A DNA stretch of 51,015 nt from Planctomycetota bacterium (GTDB lineage Bacteria; Planctomycetota; SZUA-567; H5-PLA8), in NCBI GenBank assembly GCA_038227875.1, contig JBBRPR010000059.1:1-51015 (forward strand). The letters run 5' to 3'. Position numbers and translations under genes: made by a program. Below, in pieces: positions 25,904-36,860 of the stretch. The notes beneath the pieces are model-generated. The model was not told the DNA's origin. It made no database searches and worked only from the letters and a program-made list of their open reading frames with translations. The stretch's first letter is position 1. Each line of letters starts with the position of its first letter.

Positions 25904-27460
25904 TCAGATCGTCGTCTTCTCAATCACATCCGCCCAGGTCTTGCCGTTGAGACGACCGGCAGCGAACTCGGCGATTACGTCGAAGACACGGTCCGAAAAA
26001 CCGCCGATGTTCAAGATGTCCGCACGCTCCTGCGCCTGGGTCGTGCCGTTGGGCTGGATGTCCAGACAGACCAGCTTCGCGTCCGGATTGCGGACTTTGA
26101 ACGCCATCCACTCCTTCATCGTGTTCGTGCGGCTGGCGCCCACGCTTGCGGAACGGGCGCTGTCCACCCACGACTCGTTGTCCGAAACGTAGATGATCAG
26201 ATCGCCGCGCGCCTTCTGATCGTTGAGCAGCATTAACGGCGCGCTGCAGTTCGTTCCGCCCGACGGGAGACTCGTGAGCTGCTTGGCGATGGTCATCACG
26301 CTGTCGCGCGGATTGACACGGAACGGGACGGCAGTGCATTCGAACGCCACAATTTCCGTCTCCTTGTTCTTGCGCACCATCGCCGCCGCCACGAGCGCCG
26401 CGACATCGATGCAGCGTACGGCAGTGGTCGCTCCGGCACGGTGGCCGGTGACCGGCGAATGCATCGAACCGGAAATGTCCGGGAAGACATAGACCTTTCC
26501 GTCGATGCGCGGCACGTTCTCGGTCGCGATTTCCATCGCGTCCTGGAGCGCTTCGCGTACGATGTGGGGCACTTCCTTGCCCGCGGCAGTGTAGGCCATC
26601 AGCAACTGGTACGGGAAGACACGGGCCTTCTTCACCAGTTCGGCGTCGCTGAGACGATCGGCGATCACGCGCGCCAGGTTTCCGCCGTTAAACACGCCAT
26701 GACGGGCGAACGTGTTCAGGTTCATGCGCGTCATCTGCCACGGCGCGTTGCGGGCGATCGAAATCCATTCGTCCTGACCCAGCGAGAGCGCGGTCAACAT
26801 CTGGAACGGCACGTCGGGAGCATCGCCCACCGGCTTGCGCTTGAAGGCTTCGAACTTCTGCACCAATTCCGGCAGCGCAGACGCGTCATGTTCGCGGCCG
26901 ATCAGGTACGCGTAGAGCGCGGCGCGGGACGGCGTCTTCGGCTTGGGATGGACCATCTTCACGATGTCGGCCAGCGACGGGTTCGCACCCACCGAGGCGC
27001 GGAAGACCTGGTCGTCTGAGCGCGCGTCGAGCCAGTTGCGGACCATGCGCTTGGGCGCGGTTCCCAGCGAGTTGCGGCCGACCGCGCCACTGCGGATCAT
27101 CTGGACAAAGTTCATCAGCATCTTGCCGTTGTCGATGACGCGGTCGAAAATCTCGCACATCAATCCGGGCGACTTGACCGAGAGGACGGCGCAGAGCAAC
27201 GCGGGCATGTCCTTCATGTAGCCCTTTTCGCGGCAGTAGAGCGCCAGGCGCGCGATGAATTCGGCGTCGACTTGAGCGGAAACCTCGAGGACGGTCTTGA
27301 GCTGATCGTCGGCGGTGGCGTAGAACGTGTGGTTCATGCAACCGGTGATCGCGTACTGCGCGAGCTTGTGCTTGGCGTTGAAGGCATACGCCTGGCCGCC
27401 GGCCTTGTTGAGCGCGTTGGTCTTCGGGAGCTTGGTGCTGAAGAGATTCTTGTTGGCCAT
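25904..27460 (-). CDS. rsr: Ro60/TROVE-domain RNA-binding protein (Rsr)
   Basis: NKAGGQAY...KLAQYAITG, MKDMPALL, RMNLNTFARHGVF; vWA MIDAS DISGSM, GGTNCSAPL, SDNESW, IGGFSD. ATG 27460 has an AAGGAGG RBS. Confidence 0.93.
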   Translation of the reverse strand: MANKNLFSTKLPKTNALNKAGGQAYAFNAKHKLAQYAITGCMNHTFYATADDQLKTVLEVSAQVDAEFIARLALYCREKGYMKDMPALLCAVLSVKSPGLMCEIFDRVIDNGKMLMNFVQMIRSGAVGRNSLGTAPKRMVRNWLDARSDDQVFRASVGANPSLADIVKMVHPKPKTPSRAALYAYLIGREHDASALPELVQKFEAFKRKPVGDAPDVPFQMLTALSLGQDEWISIARNAPWQMTRMNLNTFARHGVFNGGNLARVIADRLSDAELVKKARVFPYQLLMAYTAAGKEVPHIVREALQDAMEIATENVPRIDGKVYVFPDISGSMHSPVTGHRAGATTAVRCIDVAALVAAAMVRKNKETEIVAFECTAVPFRVNPRDSVMTIAKQLTSLPSGGTNCSAPLMLLNDQKARGDLIIYVSDNESWVDSARSASVGASRTNTMKEWMAFKVRNPDAKLVCLDIQPNGTTQAQERADILNIGGFSDRVFDVIAEFAAGRLNGKTWADVIEKTTI

Positions 27461-27514
27461 GATCGTTTGCCCTCCTTTTTTGTCGACTGCGTTCGTTTCG
27501 ATGAAAGTGATATG

Positions 27515-27529
27515 GCACCGCGCATGCCA
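27515..27529 (-). promoter_or_regulatory. Sigma54 -24/-12 promoter for the rsr-Y RNA-rtcB-rtcA operon
   Basis: TGGCATGCGCGGTGC fits GG-N10-GC, about 55 nt upstream of the rsr ATG and next to a sigma54 activator gene. Confidence 0.75.
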
Positions 27530-27556
27530 GCGTGAAAATTCTCGATAAGGAAGTCG

Positions 27557-27569
27557 TAAGTCATTTATT
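27557..27569 (-). promoter_or_regulatory. IHF-like site
   Basis: AATAAATGACTTA has one mismatch to WATCAANNNNTTR and lies between the promoter and rtcR. Confidence 0.4.
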
Positions 27570-27645
27570 AACTGCCTGTTGTAATTCATATGCGAAAAAC
27601 GTTGCCTGTGAAGTCATCCTCTATTACTATCCGTTGATCTATTAA

Positions 27646-27658
27646 CTTATCGGATAAG
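27646..27658. promoter_or_regulatory. Palindrome, candidate RtcR upstream activator site
   Basis: CTTATC-G-GATAAG just before the rtcR ATG, about 120 bp upstream of the sigma54 motif. Confidence 0.4.
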
Positions 27659-27662
27659 ATAA

Positions 27663-29279
27663 ATGAAACGAAACGTTGTGCTGGGCCTTCTGGGCACCAC
27701 TTTGGACGCGGGATTTGGGCCGAATCGCTGGTCGCGCTGGCGGCCGTCGGTGGCGCTGTGTCAGCACGAGGACTTCCTGGTTCATCGCTTTGAATTGATG
27801 ATTCAGAAGCGGCATCTGAAGATGGCCAAGGCGCTGGTCGCGGATATTCATTCCGTCTCGCCGGAAACGGACGTGCGGCTGCATGAAGTTGAATTTTCCG
27901 ATCCGTGGGATTTTCAGGAGGTCTACGCGGCCCTTCACGATTTCGCGCGCGGGTACACCTTCAACACCGACGATCACGATTATCTCGTCCACATCACCAC
28001 CGGCACGCACGTGGCTCAGATTTGTCTGTTTCTGCTGACGGAGTCGCGCCATCTTCCGGCGAAGTTGCTCCAGACCTCACCGCCGCGCCGGAGCCAGCAG
28101 GGACCGCTGCAGGATCAGTCGGGGCATTACAGCGTCATCGACTTGGACCTGTCGAAGTACGACGGCATCGCGTCGCGTTTTCGCAAGGAACATCAGGAAG
28201 CGGTCTCGATGCTCAAGTCGGGCATTGAGACGCGGAACGCGCGGTTCAATCAACTCATCGAGCGGATCGAGCGGGTCGCAATCGTCTCGCGTGCGCCGGT
28301 GCTGTTGATGGGGCCGACGGGCGCGGGCAAATCGCAATTGGCGCGGCGCATTTTCGAACTGAAGAAAGCGCGGCGGCAGATCGACGGGCCGTTTGTGGAA
28401 GTGAACTGCGCGACGGTGCGCGGCGATGGCGCGATGTCGACGCTGTTTGGGCATAAGAAGGGCGCGTTCACCGGCGCGACGTCGGACCGGCCGGGGTTGC
28501 TCAAGGCGGCGAACAAGGGGATCTTGTTTCTCGATGAGATCGGCGAACTGGGGCTCGACGAACAGGCGATGCTGCTGCGTGCGCTGGAAGAGAAAGTATT
28601 TTTGCCGCTGGGCGCAGACACTGAGACGGGCAGCGACTTCATGCTGATCGCGGGAACCAATCGCGATCTGTCGAGCGCGGTGCAGACGGGGCGCTTCCGC
28701 GACGATCTGCTCGCGCGCATTAATTTGTGGACCTTTCACCTGCCGGGCCTGCGCGACCGGTTGGAGGACATCGAGCCCAACGTTCACTACGAGTTGGAGA
28801 AGATTTCGGCGTCGCTGGGCGCGCGGGTCACGTTCAACAAGGAGGCGCGCGAGGCGTTCTTGAGTTTCACGACGTCGCCGGACGCGACGTGGGCGGGGAA
28901 CTTTCGCGACTTGAACAGCGCCATCGAGCGCATGGCAACGCTGGCGTCGGGCGGGCGTATTTCAGTCGAGATCGTCGACGAAGAGCTCCAGCGATTGAGG
29001 CGGCAGTGGGCGCTTCCGACGGCTGCTGCGGCTGGAACTGGGGGTGAGCTCGTCGCGGAAATCCTCGGCGAGGACCGTGCCGCGGAGCTTGACCGTTTTG
29101 ACCGGGTCCAGCTCGCGGATGTCCTGCAGGTGTGCCGGAGCGCGCGCAGTCTCTCCGAGGCCGGGCGCATCCTGTTTGCGGAAACTCGCAAGAAGAAGCT
29201 GCTCGCTAACGACGCCGATCGGCTGCGCAAGTACCTCGCCCGATTCGGGCTGGAGTGGAACGGCGTCCGAAGTTCCTGA
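27663..29279 (+). CDS. rtcR: Sigma54-dependent RNA repair activator RtcR (CARF + AAA+)
   Basis: RWSRWRPSV, DPWDFQEVY, HITTGTHVAQIC, Walker A GPTGAGKS, GAFTGA, LFLDEIGELG, NDADRLRKYLARFGL. Confidence 0.96.
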   Translation: MKRNVVLGLLGTTLDAGFGPNRWSRWRPSVALCQHEDFLVHRFELMIQKRHLKMAKALVADIHSVSPETDVRLHEVEFSDPWDFQEVYAALHDFARGYTFNTDDHDYLVHITTGTHVAQICLFLLTESRHLPAKLLQTSPPRRSQQGPLQDQSGHYSVIDLDLSKYDGIASRFRKEHQEAVSMLKSGIETRNARFNQLIERIERVAIVSRAPVLLMGPTGAGKSQLARRIFELKKARRQIDGPFVEVNCATVRGDGAMSTLFGHKKGAFTGATSDRPGLLKAANKGILFLDEIGELGLDEQAMLLRALEEKVFLPLGADTETGSDFMLIAGTNRDLSSAVQTGRFRDDLLARINLWTFHLPGLRDRLEDIEPNVHYELEKISASLGARVTFNKEAREAFLSFTTSPDATWAGNFRDLNSAIERMATLASGGRISVEIVDEELQRLRRQWALPTAAAAGTGGELVAEILGEDRAAELDRFDRVQLADVLQVCRSARSLSEAGRILFAETRKKKLLANDADRLRKYLARFGLEWNGVRSS

Positions 29280-29614
29280 GGCAACCATGGGAACTGTGGG
29301 AAATCGGTTGGAGTCGCGCGCTTTGAATTTCCGGCCGAAACGCGGCAGTGCAGAGTCGTTGTGATTCGTCATGGCGATTGAATCCTGGATGCAATCCACG
29401 AACACTCACCTTCACTATAGTTAAGTCGACACGAAACGCAGGGAAAATCGGAAATTGTGTCGAGATTTGAAAATTATAGCCAAACGCAAAATTCATAAAC
29501 ACATAGCGCGCATTTAATGGCATGTAATCGCAAAATATGCTTCCAGAAAAATGATCTCTCGTGTGCAACCATTCCTTCAAAGTCGCTCTAGTGACTGAGC
29601 CATGCATTTATGGG

Positions 29615-29629
29615 TGGCATGTGGTTTGC
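29615..29629 (+). promoter_or_regulatory. Sigma54 -24/-12 promoter
   Basis: TGGCATGTGGTTTGC is close to TGGCACG-N4-TTGC and follows an AT-rich region. Confidence 0.65.
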
Positions 29630-29737
29630 CATTTCTGTTATCTGCACGGCGTCAGAGTGGGACGGACGTGCATAGCGGCTCATTGCCCACCGATAATCGG
29701 ATAGCCAGTGTCGTAATAAAGTGTGGAGAGGTGAAGT

Positions 29738-30256
29738 ATGAGCAAAGCAGCTTTTGGTATTTTTTCTCGACGAGCCACCGTCGACAACGCGATTGAAGTG
29801 CTGAAAGGCGCCGGTTTTCGCAAGACTGATATTTCCGTGTTGGTGCCGCAGAACGACGGTGCGAAGGAATTCACCGTCGAGCGCGCTTCACGAGCTCCGG
29901 AAGGCGCGGTAACCGGCGCAATTCTGGGCGCGGCCATCGGTGGAACTCTGGGCTGGCTGGCCGGCTCGGGTGTAGTCGCGTTGCCAGTCTTAACGCATCT
30001 GGCCATGGCCGGCGCGGTTGAAGCAGCGCTGGCGGGATTGGGTATGGGCGGAGCGCTGGGCGGACTGGCTGGCGCGATTATTGGGCTGGGCGTGCCGGAG
30101 TATGTCGTCCGCCGCTACGAAGGCCGCACCTTGAAGGGCGGCATTTTGCTTTCGGTTCACTGCGACGATTCCGGGTGGACGGACAAAGCCAAGAAAGTGC
30201 TCGAACGCACCGGCGCGGAGGACGTTGCATCAACGCCGGAGGCGCCGGCGGAATGA
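29738..30256 (+). CDS. General-stress / Gly-rich membrane protein
   Basis: FGIF...LKGAGF...DISVL, GAxxGAxxGG hydrophobic repeats, GLGVPE...YE...GGILLSVH; GAGG RBS. Confidence 0.75.
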   Translation: MSKAAFGIFSRRATVDNAIEVLKGAGFRKTDISVLVPQNDGAKEFTVERASRAPEGAVTGAILGAAIGGTLGWLAGSGVVALPVLTHLAMAGAVEAALAGLGMGGALGGLAGAIIGLGVPEYVVRRYEGRTLKGGILLSVHCDDSGWTDKAKKVLERTGAEDVASTPEAPAE

Positions 30257-30325
30257 AGAGGATGTCGACCGTCGAAGTTGGAAAGTGACGTTGAAACTAC
30301 AATGGACGAAACCAGGAGGAGAATC

Positions 30326-30868
30326 ATGAATAACGGTAAGAATGGCAAAAATGGTGAAGAGAACAGCGCGCGCGAATCGATCACGCGGCAGGAATTGGCA
30401 AAGCTGCTCAATGAAGATTTGGCGCGCGAGTACCAGGCGGTGATCGCGTACGTTCAGTACAGCCAGGTGTTGAAAGGCCCGCAGTACGTGGCGATCGCCA
30501 AGGAACTCGAAGCGCACGCGTCAGAGGAACTGGAACACGCGCTGAAGATCTGCAAGCAGATCGACTATCTCGGTGAAACTCCGACGGTCACGCCGAAGCT
30601 GGTGAAGACGTCTGAAAAGCCTGAGGACATGTTGCGCTTCGATCTTGATAACGAGAACGAAACGGTGCGCAACTACCGCGAACGCGTGCGGCAGGCGGAA
30701 GCGCTGGGCGAGTACGCGATGGCCGAAGTGATTCGCGGCATCCTGGTACAGGAGCAGGATCACCAGATCGATCTGGCCACCGCGCTGGGTATCGACGTCC
30801 CGAAGGAAGGGCTGGCGAATGCCTCCAGTGACGTAGCACCCGTCCGCGAAGTTGCGGCGCGCCACTAA
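30326..30868 (+). CDS. Ferritin-like (bacterioferritin-type) protein
   Basis: LNEDLAREYQAVIAY, EELEHA, ENETVRNY, QEQDHQ diiron-type motifs; AGGAGG RBS before ATG 30326. Confidence 0.88.
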   Translation: MNNGKNGKNGEENSARESITRQELAKLLNEDLAREYQAVIAYVQYSQVLKGPQYVAIAKELEAHASEELEHALKICKQIDYLGETPTVTPKLVKTSEKPEDMLRFDLDNENETVRNYRERVRQAEALGEYAMAEVIRGILVQEQDHQIDLATALGIDVPKEGLANASSDVAPVREVAARH

Positions 30869-31003
30869 GTACACCCGGCACTTTCGCTGGTGCCGTGCTC
30901 GTATAGGATGCTTCACTTGCGTGGAAACGCGCCATATATATGTATGGGCGTTTCCACGCGGATTTTTCAAGTCGTATCGCGGACGGGGGAGATTCAGGGG
31001 CGG

Positions 31004-34000
31004 ATGACGGAATACAAACTGCTGGTTGATGGCAAGGAATTGAAAGTCAGCACGCACCGGGATGAAGACCGCAACACCTTTGAAGTGACTTTCGCGCCAG
31101 GCGTTCCCTGCACTCTGCATTGGGGATTGCGGGGCGTCGGAAGGGAATGGAAGAGCCCGCCGGAGAACATCTGGCCGGCGCAGACGACCTCCGCCGATGC
31201 GCAGTCGGCGGATTCTTTATTCCCGGCCAGCCCGGCCGAATCCAAAGTGAGTTTCAGTGTTCCCAACACGGCCAACGCCAAAGGCGTGATGTTCGTGCTG
31301 CATTTTCCGCAGACCAAGCGCTGGGTGAAAAACGGCAACGAGGATTATTACATTCCGTTTGAAGGCAATCCGCAAGCGACGCCGATCGACGGAATGATTG
31401 ACACGATTTGCGGCGCGGAAGTCGGCAAGGGCTCGTGGACGCTGATGCACCGCTTCCACCTGGCTCACGATCTGATCAACGAAGCTAACAACAATCCCGA
31501 CGCGCTGGCGCTGATTTTCGTCTGGCTGCGCTTCAGCGCGATCCGGCAACTGGATTGGCAGCGCAATTACAATACGAAACCGCGCGAACTCTCGGCGGCT
31601 CAGGATCGCCTGACCAAACGCATCGCGGCGCTCTACCGACACAGCCCGGCGGCGCGGACGTGGGCGCGCGGGATGCTCACCACGCTGGGCCGCGGCGGTG
31701 AAGGGCAGCAGGTGCGCGATGAAATTCTGCAGATCATGCACCGTCACCACATCAAGGAAACACACGGCCACTTTATGGAAGAGTGGCATCAGAAGCTGCA
31801 CAACAACACCACACCCGACGATGTGATCATCTGCGAAGCGTTGCTGGCGTTTTTGGACAGCAACGGCGACTTGAAGCGTTTCTACGATCATCTGGAAGGC
31901 AACGGCGTTACGCGCGACCGGCTGCGCAGCTTCGAGCGCGCGATCAAGACCGATCCCAATTTCAATCATGGCGACAAAGAACGGTTGATGCCGGAGTTCC
32001 GCAACTTCCTGCGTATTTTGAAGTCGGTGCACTCGGGGACGGATTTCGATTCCGCCGTCGACGCCGCGCAGAGGTATTTCAGTGGCGAACTGCGGGGCAA
32101 GATTCAGGAACTCGGTGGAATGCGCCACGGCCATGCGCCGCTGGCGGACGTCGCCAAAACGGCGACGGCCGCGCGCGAAATTCTGGCGCGCGACGCCTGG
32201 AATTCCAAAGACGACGGTGCGATGCGCGACCTGCTGTATCTCGACCTTGCGCTGGAAGGATTTTTGCGCCTGGCTTTCGAACGGCAGGACTGGTTGAAGG
32301 TCAATCGCGATACGCTCAGCTTTCTGCTCCAACTGGTTGTGCGGAATCTGCAGGTGACCAATCCTTCCGATGAACTGGGCATGATCCAGCGGCACTTCGA
32401 CGCGCTGGTCAGCAACCCAAACAAGGACGCCAATTGGGCTCTCCAAGCCAAGAGTGTTACCGACCGCCTGGGGCGTTGTGTGCAGGAAATTTCGAGCAGC
32501 TTCTACGCGACGTTGCAGCCGAAGGCCGAGCAACTGGGCCGCGCGTGCAAAGTTCAGGACTGGGTGCTGCCGCTTTTCAGCGAAGAGGTGATTCGCGGCA
32601 GCCTGCTGTTCGTGCTCTCGCTGATGCTGCGGCGGCTCGACGCGGAACTCCGTGCGGCCGCGGGACTCGGAGGCTGGCAGGTAGTCAGTCCGTCGAACGT
32701 TAAAGGCCGCGTGCGCGTGGTCGACAGCCTGATGTCAGTTCAAGGGCAGCGCTTTGGCGAATCGACCGTGATCGTCTCCGATCACGTCAGCGGCAACGAG
32801 GACATTCCCGAAGGCGTCGCCGCTGTGATCACGACGGCGACGGTCGATCTCGTGTCGCACGCCGCCGTGCGCGCGCGCAATGGCCGCGTACTTTTTGCCA
32901 CCTGTTTTGATGCAAAACCCTACGAAACACTGAAGGCGTTGAACGGCAAGAACGCGGCGCTGGAAGTGAGCCCCGGCGGCGATGTGCTTGTCCAGGAGAG
33001 CAGCGCGGGCAGCGCGATCTTACAGGAACACGCGAAGCTTGGAGGATCGATTCGCCAGCGTGCGTTCTCGACGTGGGCGGTAAGCGCGGGAGAGTTCACG
33101 CCGGAGATTGTGGGCGGAAAGTCGAACAACCTGAACGGGCTGCGCGGCAAGCTACCGGACTGGATTGCGTTTCCGAAATCGATGGCGCTGCCATTCGGTG
33201 TCTTCGAGAAGCTGCTGTCGAGCGGTGAGAACAGCGACGTACGCGAAAAATACGCCGCGCTGGTGGGGCGCATTGAAGAAAATGTGCCGGCGACGCTGCA
33301 GAAAATTCGCGCACTGATTCTGGAGCTCAAGCCGGCGGCCGATTTCGATAGCGCGCTGGTGCGGACATGGGAGCGCACCGGGCTTCCGCCCTTCGAACGC
33401 GAAGCGAACTGGAAAGCGATCACACGCGTCTGGGCGTCGAAGTGGAACGACCGCGCGTATCTCTCGCGCCGCGCGCTGGGGTTGAGTCACACCGATCTGA
33501 CGATGGCAGTGCTGATTCAGGAAGTCGTGGAAGCCGATTACGCGTTCGTGATCCACACGGCCAATCCGATCAACGGCAATCGCGGCGAAATTTTCGGCGA
33601 GGTCGTACTGGGTCTGGGCGAAACGCTGGTCGGCAACGATCCGGGTCGCGCCTTCGGGTTCGTCTTTCGCAAAAATGACGGAGCGGTTAAACTGATTTCT
33701 TATCCAGGCAAAAGTTCAGGCTTGTATGGTAAGGGGCTGATTTTCCGATCCGATTCCAACGGCGAGGACCTGGAAGGATTCGCGGGCGCCGGCTTGTACG
33801 ACAGCGTGCTGGCGCACGAACCCGAACGCCGGCGCCTGGATTACAGCCGCGAGCCGCTGGTGACCAACGCGAAGTTCCGCGCCGACCTCGTCGCGAAAAT
33901 CGCGCATGTCGGATTGGAAGTGGAGAAAGCATTCAGCGCCCCGCAGGACATTGAAGGCGCGATCAGCCGCGGGCAGAGTTTTGTCGTGCAAACGCGGCCG

Positions 34001-34015
34001 CAGGTCGGGCTATAG
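31004..34015 (+). CDS. Alpha-glucan water dikinase homolog (CBM45-like + phospho-His + PEP/pyruvate-binding domains)
   Basis: LHWG...W..PP..WP, LMHRF, WQRNYNTKPRELSAAQDRLT, FMEEWHQKLHNNTTPDDV, LVSHAAVRARN, GGKSNNL, QDIEG...VQTRPQ. Start reassigned to ATG 31004. Confidence 0.88.
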   Translation: MTEYKLLVDGKELKVSTHRDEDRNTFEVTFAPGVPCTLHWGLRGVGREWKSPPENIWPAQTTSADAQSADSLFPASPAESKVSFSVPNTANAKGVMFVLHFPQTKRWVKNGNEDYYIPFEGNPQATPIDGMIDTICGAEVGKGSWTLMHRFHLAHDLINEANNNPDALALIFVWLRFSAIRQLDWQRNYNTKPRELSAAQDRLTKRIAALYRHSPAARTWARGMLTTLGRGGEGQQVRDEILQIMHRHHIKETHGHFMEEWHQKLHNNTTPDDVIICEALLAFLDSNGDLKRFYDHLEGNGVTRDRLRSFERAIKTDPNFNHGDKERLMPEFRNFLRILKSVHSGTDFDSAVDAAQRYFSGELRGKIQELGGMRHGHAPLADVAKTATAAREILARDAWNSKDDGAMRDLLYLDLALEGFLRLAFERQDWLKVNRDTLSFLLQLVVRNLQVTNPSDELGMIQRHFDALVSNPNKDANWALQAKSVTDRLGRCVQEISSSFYATLQPKAEQLGRACKVQDWVLPLFSEEVIRGSLLFVLSLMLRRLDAELRAAAGLGGWQVVSPSNVKGRVRVVDSLMSVQGQRFGESTVIVSDHVSGNEDIPEGVAAVITTATVDLVSHAAVRARNGRVLFATCFDAKPYETLKALNGKNAALEVSPGGDVLVQESSAGSAILQEHAKLGGSIRQRAFSTWAVSAGEFTPEIVGGKSNNLNGLRGKLPDWIAFPKSMALPFGVFEKLLSSGENSDVREKYAALVGRIEENVPATLQKIRALILELKPAADFDSALVRTWERTGLPPFEREANWKAITRVWASKWNDRAYLSRRALGLSHTDLTMAVLIQEVVEADYAFVIHTANPINGNRGEIFGEVVLGLGETLVGNDPGRAFGFVFRKNDGAVKLISYPGKSSGLYGKGLIFRSDSNGEDLEGFAGAGLYDSVLAHEPERRRLDYSREPLVTNAKFRADLVAKIAHVGLEVEKAFSAPQDIEGAISRGQSFVVQTRPQVGL

Positions 34016-34038
34016 CGCTTAGGAGAAACGCAAGAACC

Positions 34039-34851
34039 ATGAGCAACCGCATTCGCATCGGCAACCAGACCGCCAGTTCCGCGCATTACGCGCGAGCGCC
34101 GTTTGATTTTGCGCTGCACTATCGCTTCGATGCGTTCGAGTGGTTTTCGGACAAGAAGGGCTCGCAGGGATGGGGCGAGTCGGATTTTGATGCGGGGACG
34201 CGCGAAGAAATTCGCCAGATCGGACTGCGCCACGACATTCACTATTCCGTCCACGCACCCTGGCAGGCCAATCCGCTCGATAGCGACGGCATCAACTTGC
34301 TCTACAACAGCGTCCATTTCGCGCACGAAATTGGCGCGAAGCTGGTGAATCTCCACCTTTATATGGATCGTGGACCGCATGAATACGTCAAAGCCCTGCT
34401 GCCGGTGATTCATTTTGCGACGAGTAAAAATGTACGCATCAGCATCGAAAATACGCCGCTGACGCCGCCCGATGAATTCAACCAGACGTTCGCCGCCTTC
34501 AAAAATACGAATGAAGTCAGCGCCAATAACGTCGGTATGTGCCTGGACATCGGCCACGCCAATCTTTGCGGCGCGACGCGCTTTGATTACATCAAGTACA
34601 TTGACCAACTCTCCGCCGACGTGCCGATCATTCATCTGCATGTTCACGAAAACTACGGCGACCACGATTCGCATCTGACGCTGTTCTCGGGGCCATCAGG
34701 ACAGAACGACGCGGGCATCCGCGCGTTTATCGAACGGTTGCGCGATCGCAAATACGATGGCGCGATGATCCTGGAACAGTGGCCGCACGACACCACGCAA
34801 CTGCTGATCGCGCGGGCGCGGTTGCGGATGCTGCTGGACGTGCATGGGTAG
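34039..34851 (+). CDS. Sugar phosphate isomerase/epimerase-family TIM barrel
   Basis: [41 protein letters not shown]. Confidence 0.85.
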   Translation: MSNRIRIGNQTASSAHYARAPFDFALHYRFDAFEWFSDKKGSQGWGESDFDAGTREEIRQIGLRHDIHYSVHAPWQANPLDSDGINLLYNSVHFAHEIGAKLVNLHLYMDRGPHEYVKALLPVIHFATSKNVRISIENTPLTPPDEFNQTFAAFKNTNEVSANNVGMCLDIGHANLCGATRFDYIKYIDQLSADVPIIHLHVHENYGDHDSHLTLFSGPSGQNDAGIRAFIERLRDRKYDGAMILEQWPHDTTQLLIARARLRMLLDVHG

Positions 34852-36811
34852 CCCTCCCCTCAACTTCTCCGACATCGCCGGCGACGATCTCGCGTCGCTT
34901 GCGGAAATTCACACGCATGCACCCGGGCCGCAGGGGAAGCTGCCGCTCACGTCGGAAATGCTGCTGAAATGGTCGAGCGGCGATATTTTCGGACTGAGCC
35001 AGAACGCCGGCATGGGCTGGACGCCCGAGCAGCTCAATTGGAAAAACTATCTGATCCTAAGCACCTCCGGCGGCATCCGCGCGGATGACGGTACGCCCAT
35101 TGCGCTGGGTTATCACACCGGCCATTGGGAAGTTGGGCTGCTGATGCAGGCGGCGGCGAGAGAATTCAAAGCGCGCGGCTCGATTCCGTTCGCGGCGTAC
35201 TGCACCGATCCGTGCGACGGGCGGACACAAGGCACGCCAGGAATGATGGACAGCCTCGCCTTTCGCAACGATGCGGCGATTGTGCTGCGGCGGCTGATCC
35301 GTTCACTGCCGCGGCGCGTCGGCGTGCTGGGCGTGGCGACGTGCGACAAGGGACTGCCTGCGATGATGATGGCGCTGGCCGGCACGCCCGATCTGCCGTG
35401 CGTGCTGGTGCCTGGCGGCGTGACGCTGCCGCCCACGGTCGGCGAAGACGCGGGTAAAGTGCAGACCATCGGCGCGCGCTACGCTCACGGCACGATCTCG
35501 CTCGAGGAAGCCGCGGAGATGGCCTGCCATGCCTGCGCCTCTCCCGGCGGCGGCTGCCAGTTTCTCGGCACGGCCGCGACGGCACAGGTGGTCGGCGAAG
35601 CACTCGGCCTTTCGCTGACGCATAGCGCGTTGGCGCCGTCGGGTCAGCCGATCTGGCTGGACATGGCAGTGCGTTCCGCGCGCGCGTTGATTCATCTTGC
35701 CGACCGCGGCATTCGCACGCGCGACATTCTCACGCCGGAAGCCGTGCGCAACGCGATGACCGTGCACGCGGCGTTTGGCGGATCGACGAATCTGCTGCTC
35801 CACATTCCGGCCATCTCGCACGCAGCCGGGCTGCCGCGGCCGATGGTGGAGGACTGGATCGCAATCAATCGAAGCGTCCCGCGCCTGGTTGATGCGCTGC
35901 CGAATGGGCCGGTGGGGCATCCCACCGTGCAGGTATTTCTGGCCGGCGGCGTGCCGGAAGTGATGCTGCATCTTCGGCGCATGAAACTGCTGAACGAAGA
36001 GTGCCTCACTGCGTCCGGCGAGACCGTGAAGCGGATGCTCGATTGGTGGGAGACTTCTCCGCGACGCGCGAAATTGCGGGAGTTGCTGAAAACAAGCGAC
36101 GGCATCGATCCCGACGACGTGATCTATTCGCCGGAGCGTGCGGCAGCGCGCGGACTAACCAGCACGGTTGCGTTTCCCATCGGCAATCTCGCGCCGCAAG
36201 GCTCAGTGATCAAGGCCACAGCGATCGATCCGAGCGTGCTGGACGATCATCAGGTCTATCGCAAAACCGGACCAGCGCGGGTTTTCATCACCGAACGCGC
36301 GGCGATCACGGCGGTGAAGGAGAAACAGATTCGGTCCGGCGACATCATCGTACTGATCTGCCGCGGTCCACTGGGCGCGGGAATGGAAGAGACGTACCAG
36401 ATCACCAGCGCGCTGAAGCATCTGGAATTCGGCAAACACGTCGCGGTGATTACCGACGCGCGGTTCTCCGGCGTCTCGACCGGCGCATGCATCGGCCACG
36501 TGGGTCCGGAGGCGCTGGCCGGTGGTCCCGTCGGAAAAGTACGCGACGGCGATCGAATCGAGATCGTCGTCGATTGCAAACATCTCACCGGCAGTGTGAA
36601 TCTCGTTGGCGCGGACGGTCGAACGTTCAGCGCGGAAGAAGGGACGCGCGTCCTGGCTGAGCGCACGCCCCGCCCGGACCTCGCCGCCGACCCGCAGCTT
36701 CCGGAAGACACGCGCCTATGGGCCGCGCTGCAAGCTGCAAGCGGCGGGACGTGGGGCGGATGTGTGTATGATGCGGAGGCGATTGTGGGGAAATTGAAAT
36801 CGGAAGGTTAA
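34844..36811 (+). CDS. YjhG/YagF-family D-xylonate dehydratase (IlvD/Edd superfamily)
   Basis: [58 protein letters not shown]. Confidence 0.9.
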   Translation: MGSPPLNFSDIAGDDLASLAEIHTHAPGPQGKLPLTSEMLLKWSSGDIFGLSQNAGMGWTPEQLNWKNYLILSTSGGIRADDGTPIALGYHTGHWEVGLLMQAAAREFKARGSIPFAAYCTDPCDGRTQGTPGMMDSLAFRNDAAIVLRRLIRSLPRRVGVLGVATCDKGLPAMMMALAGTPDLPCVLVPGGVTLPPTVGEDAGKVQTIGARYAHGTISLEEAAEMACHACASPGGGCQFLGTAATAQVVGEALGLSLTHSALAPSGQPIWLDMAVRSARALIHLADRGIRTRDILTPEAVRNAMTVHAAFGGSTNLLLHIPAISHAAGLPRPMVEDWIAINRSVPRLVDALPNGPVGHPTVQVFLAGGVPEVMLHLRRMKLLNEECLTASGETVKRMLDWWETSPRRAKLRELLKTSDGIDPDDVIYSPERAAARGLTSTVAFPIGNLAPQGSVIKATAIDPSVLDDHQVYRKTGPARVFITERAAITAVKEKQIRSGDIIVLICRGPLGAGMEETYQITSALKHLEFGKHVAVITDARFSGVSTGACIGHVGPEALAGGPVGKVRDGDRIEIVVDCKHLTGSVNLVGADGRTFSAEEGTRVLAERTPRPDLAADPQLPEDTRLWAALQAASGGTWGGCVYDAEAIVGKLKSEG

Positions 36812-36860
36812 TTCCGTTCCAGATTGTGTGCAAATTCCAAGGGACTAATCGAGGTTCCCC

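Noticed and set aside
27461..27589. N-terminal extensions in the ORF track (rsr 27589, nifJ 46087, DHOD-like 42513, GH2 9517, GWD 30890, 5493, 37805)
   Set aside because: Downstream ATGs match family N-termini or signal peptides, most with a clear RBS, and the extensions overlap promoters or neighbouring genes.
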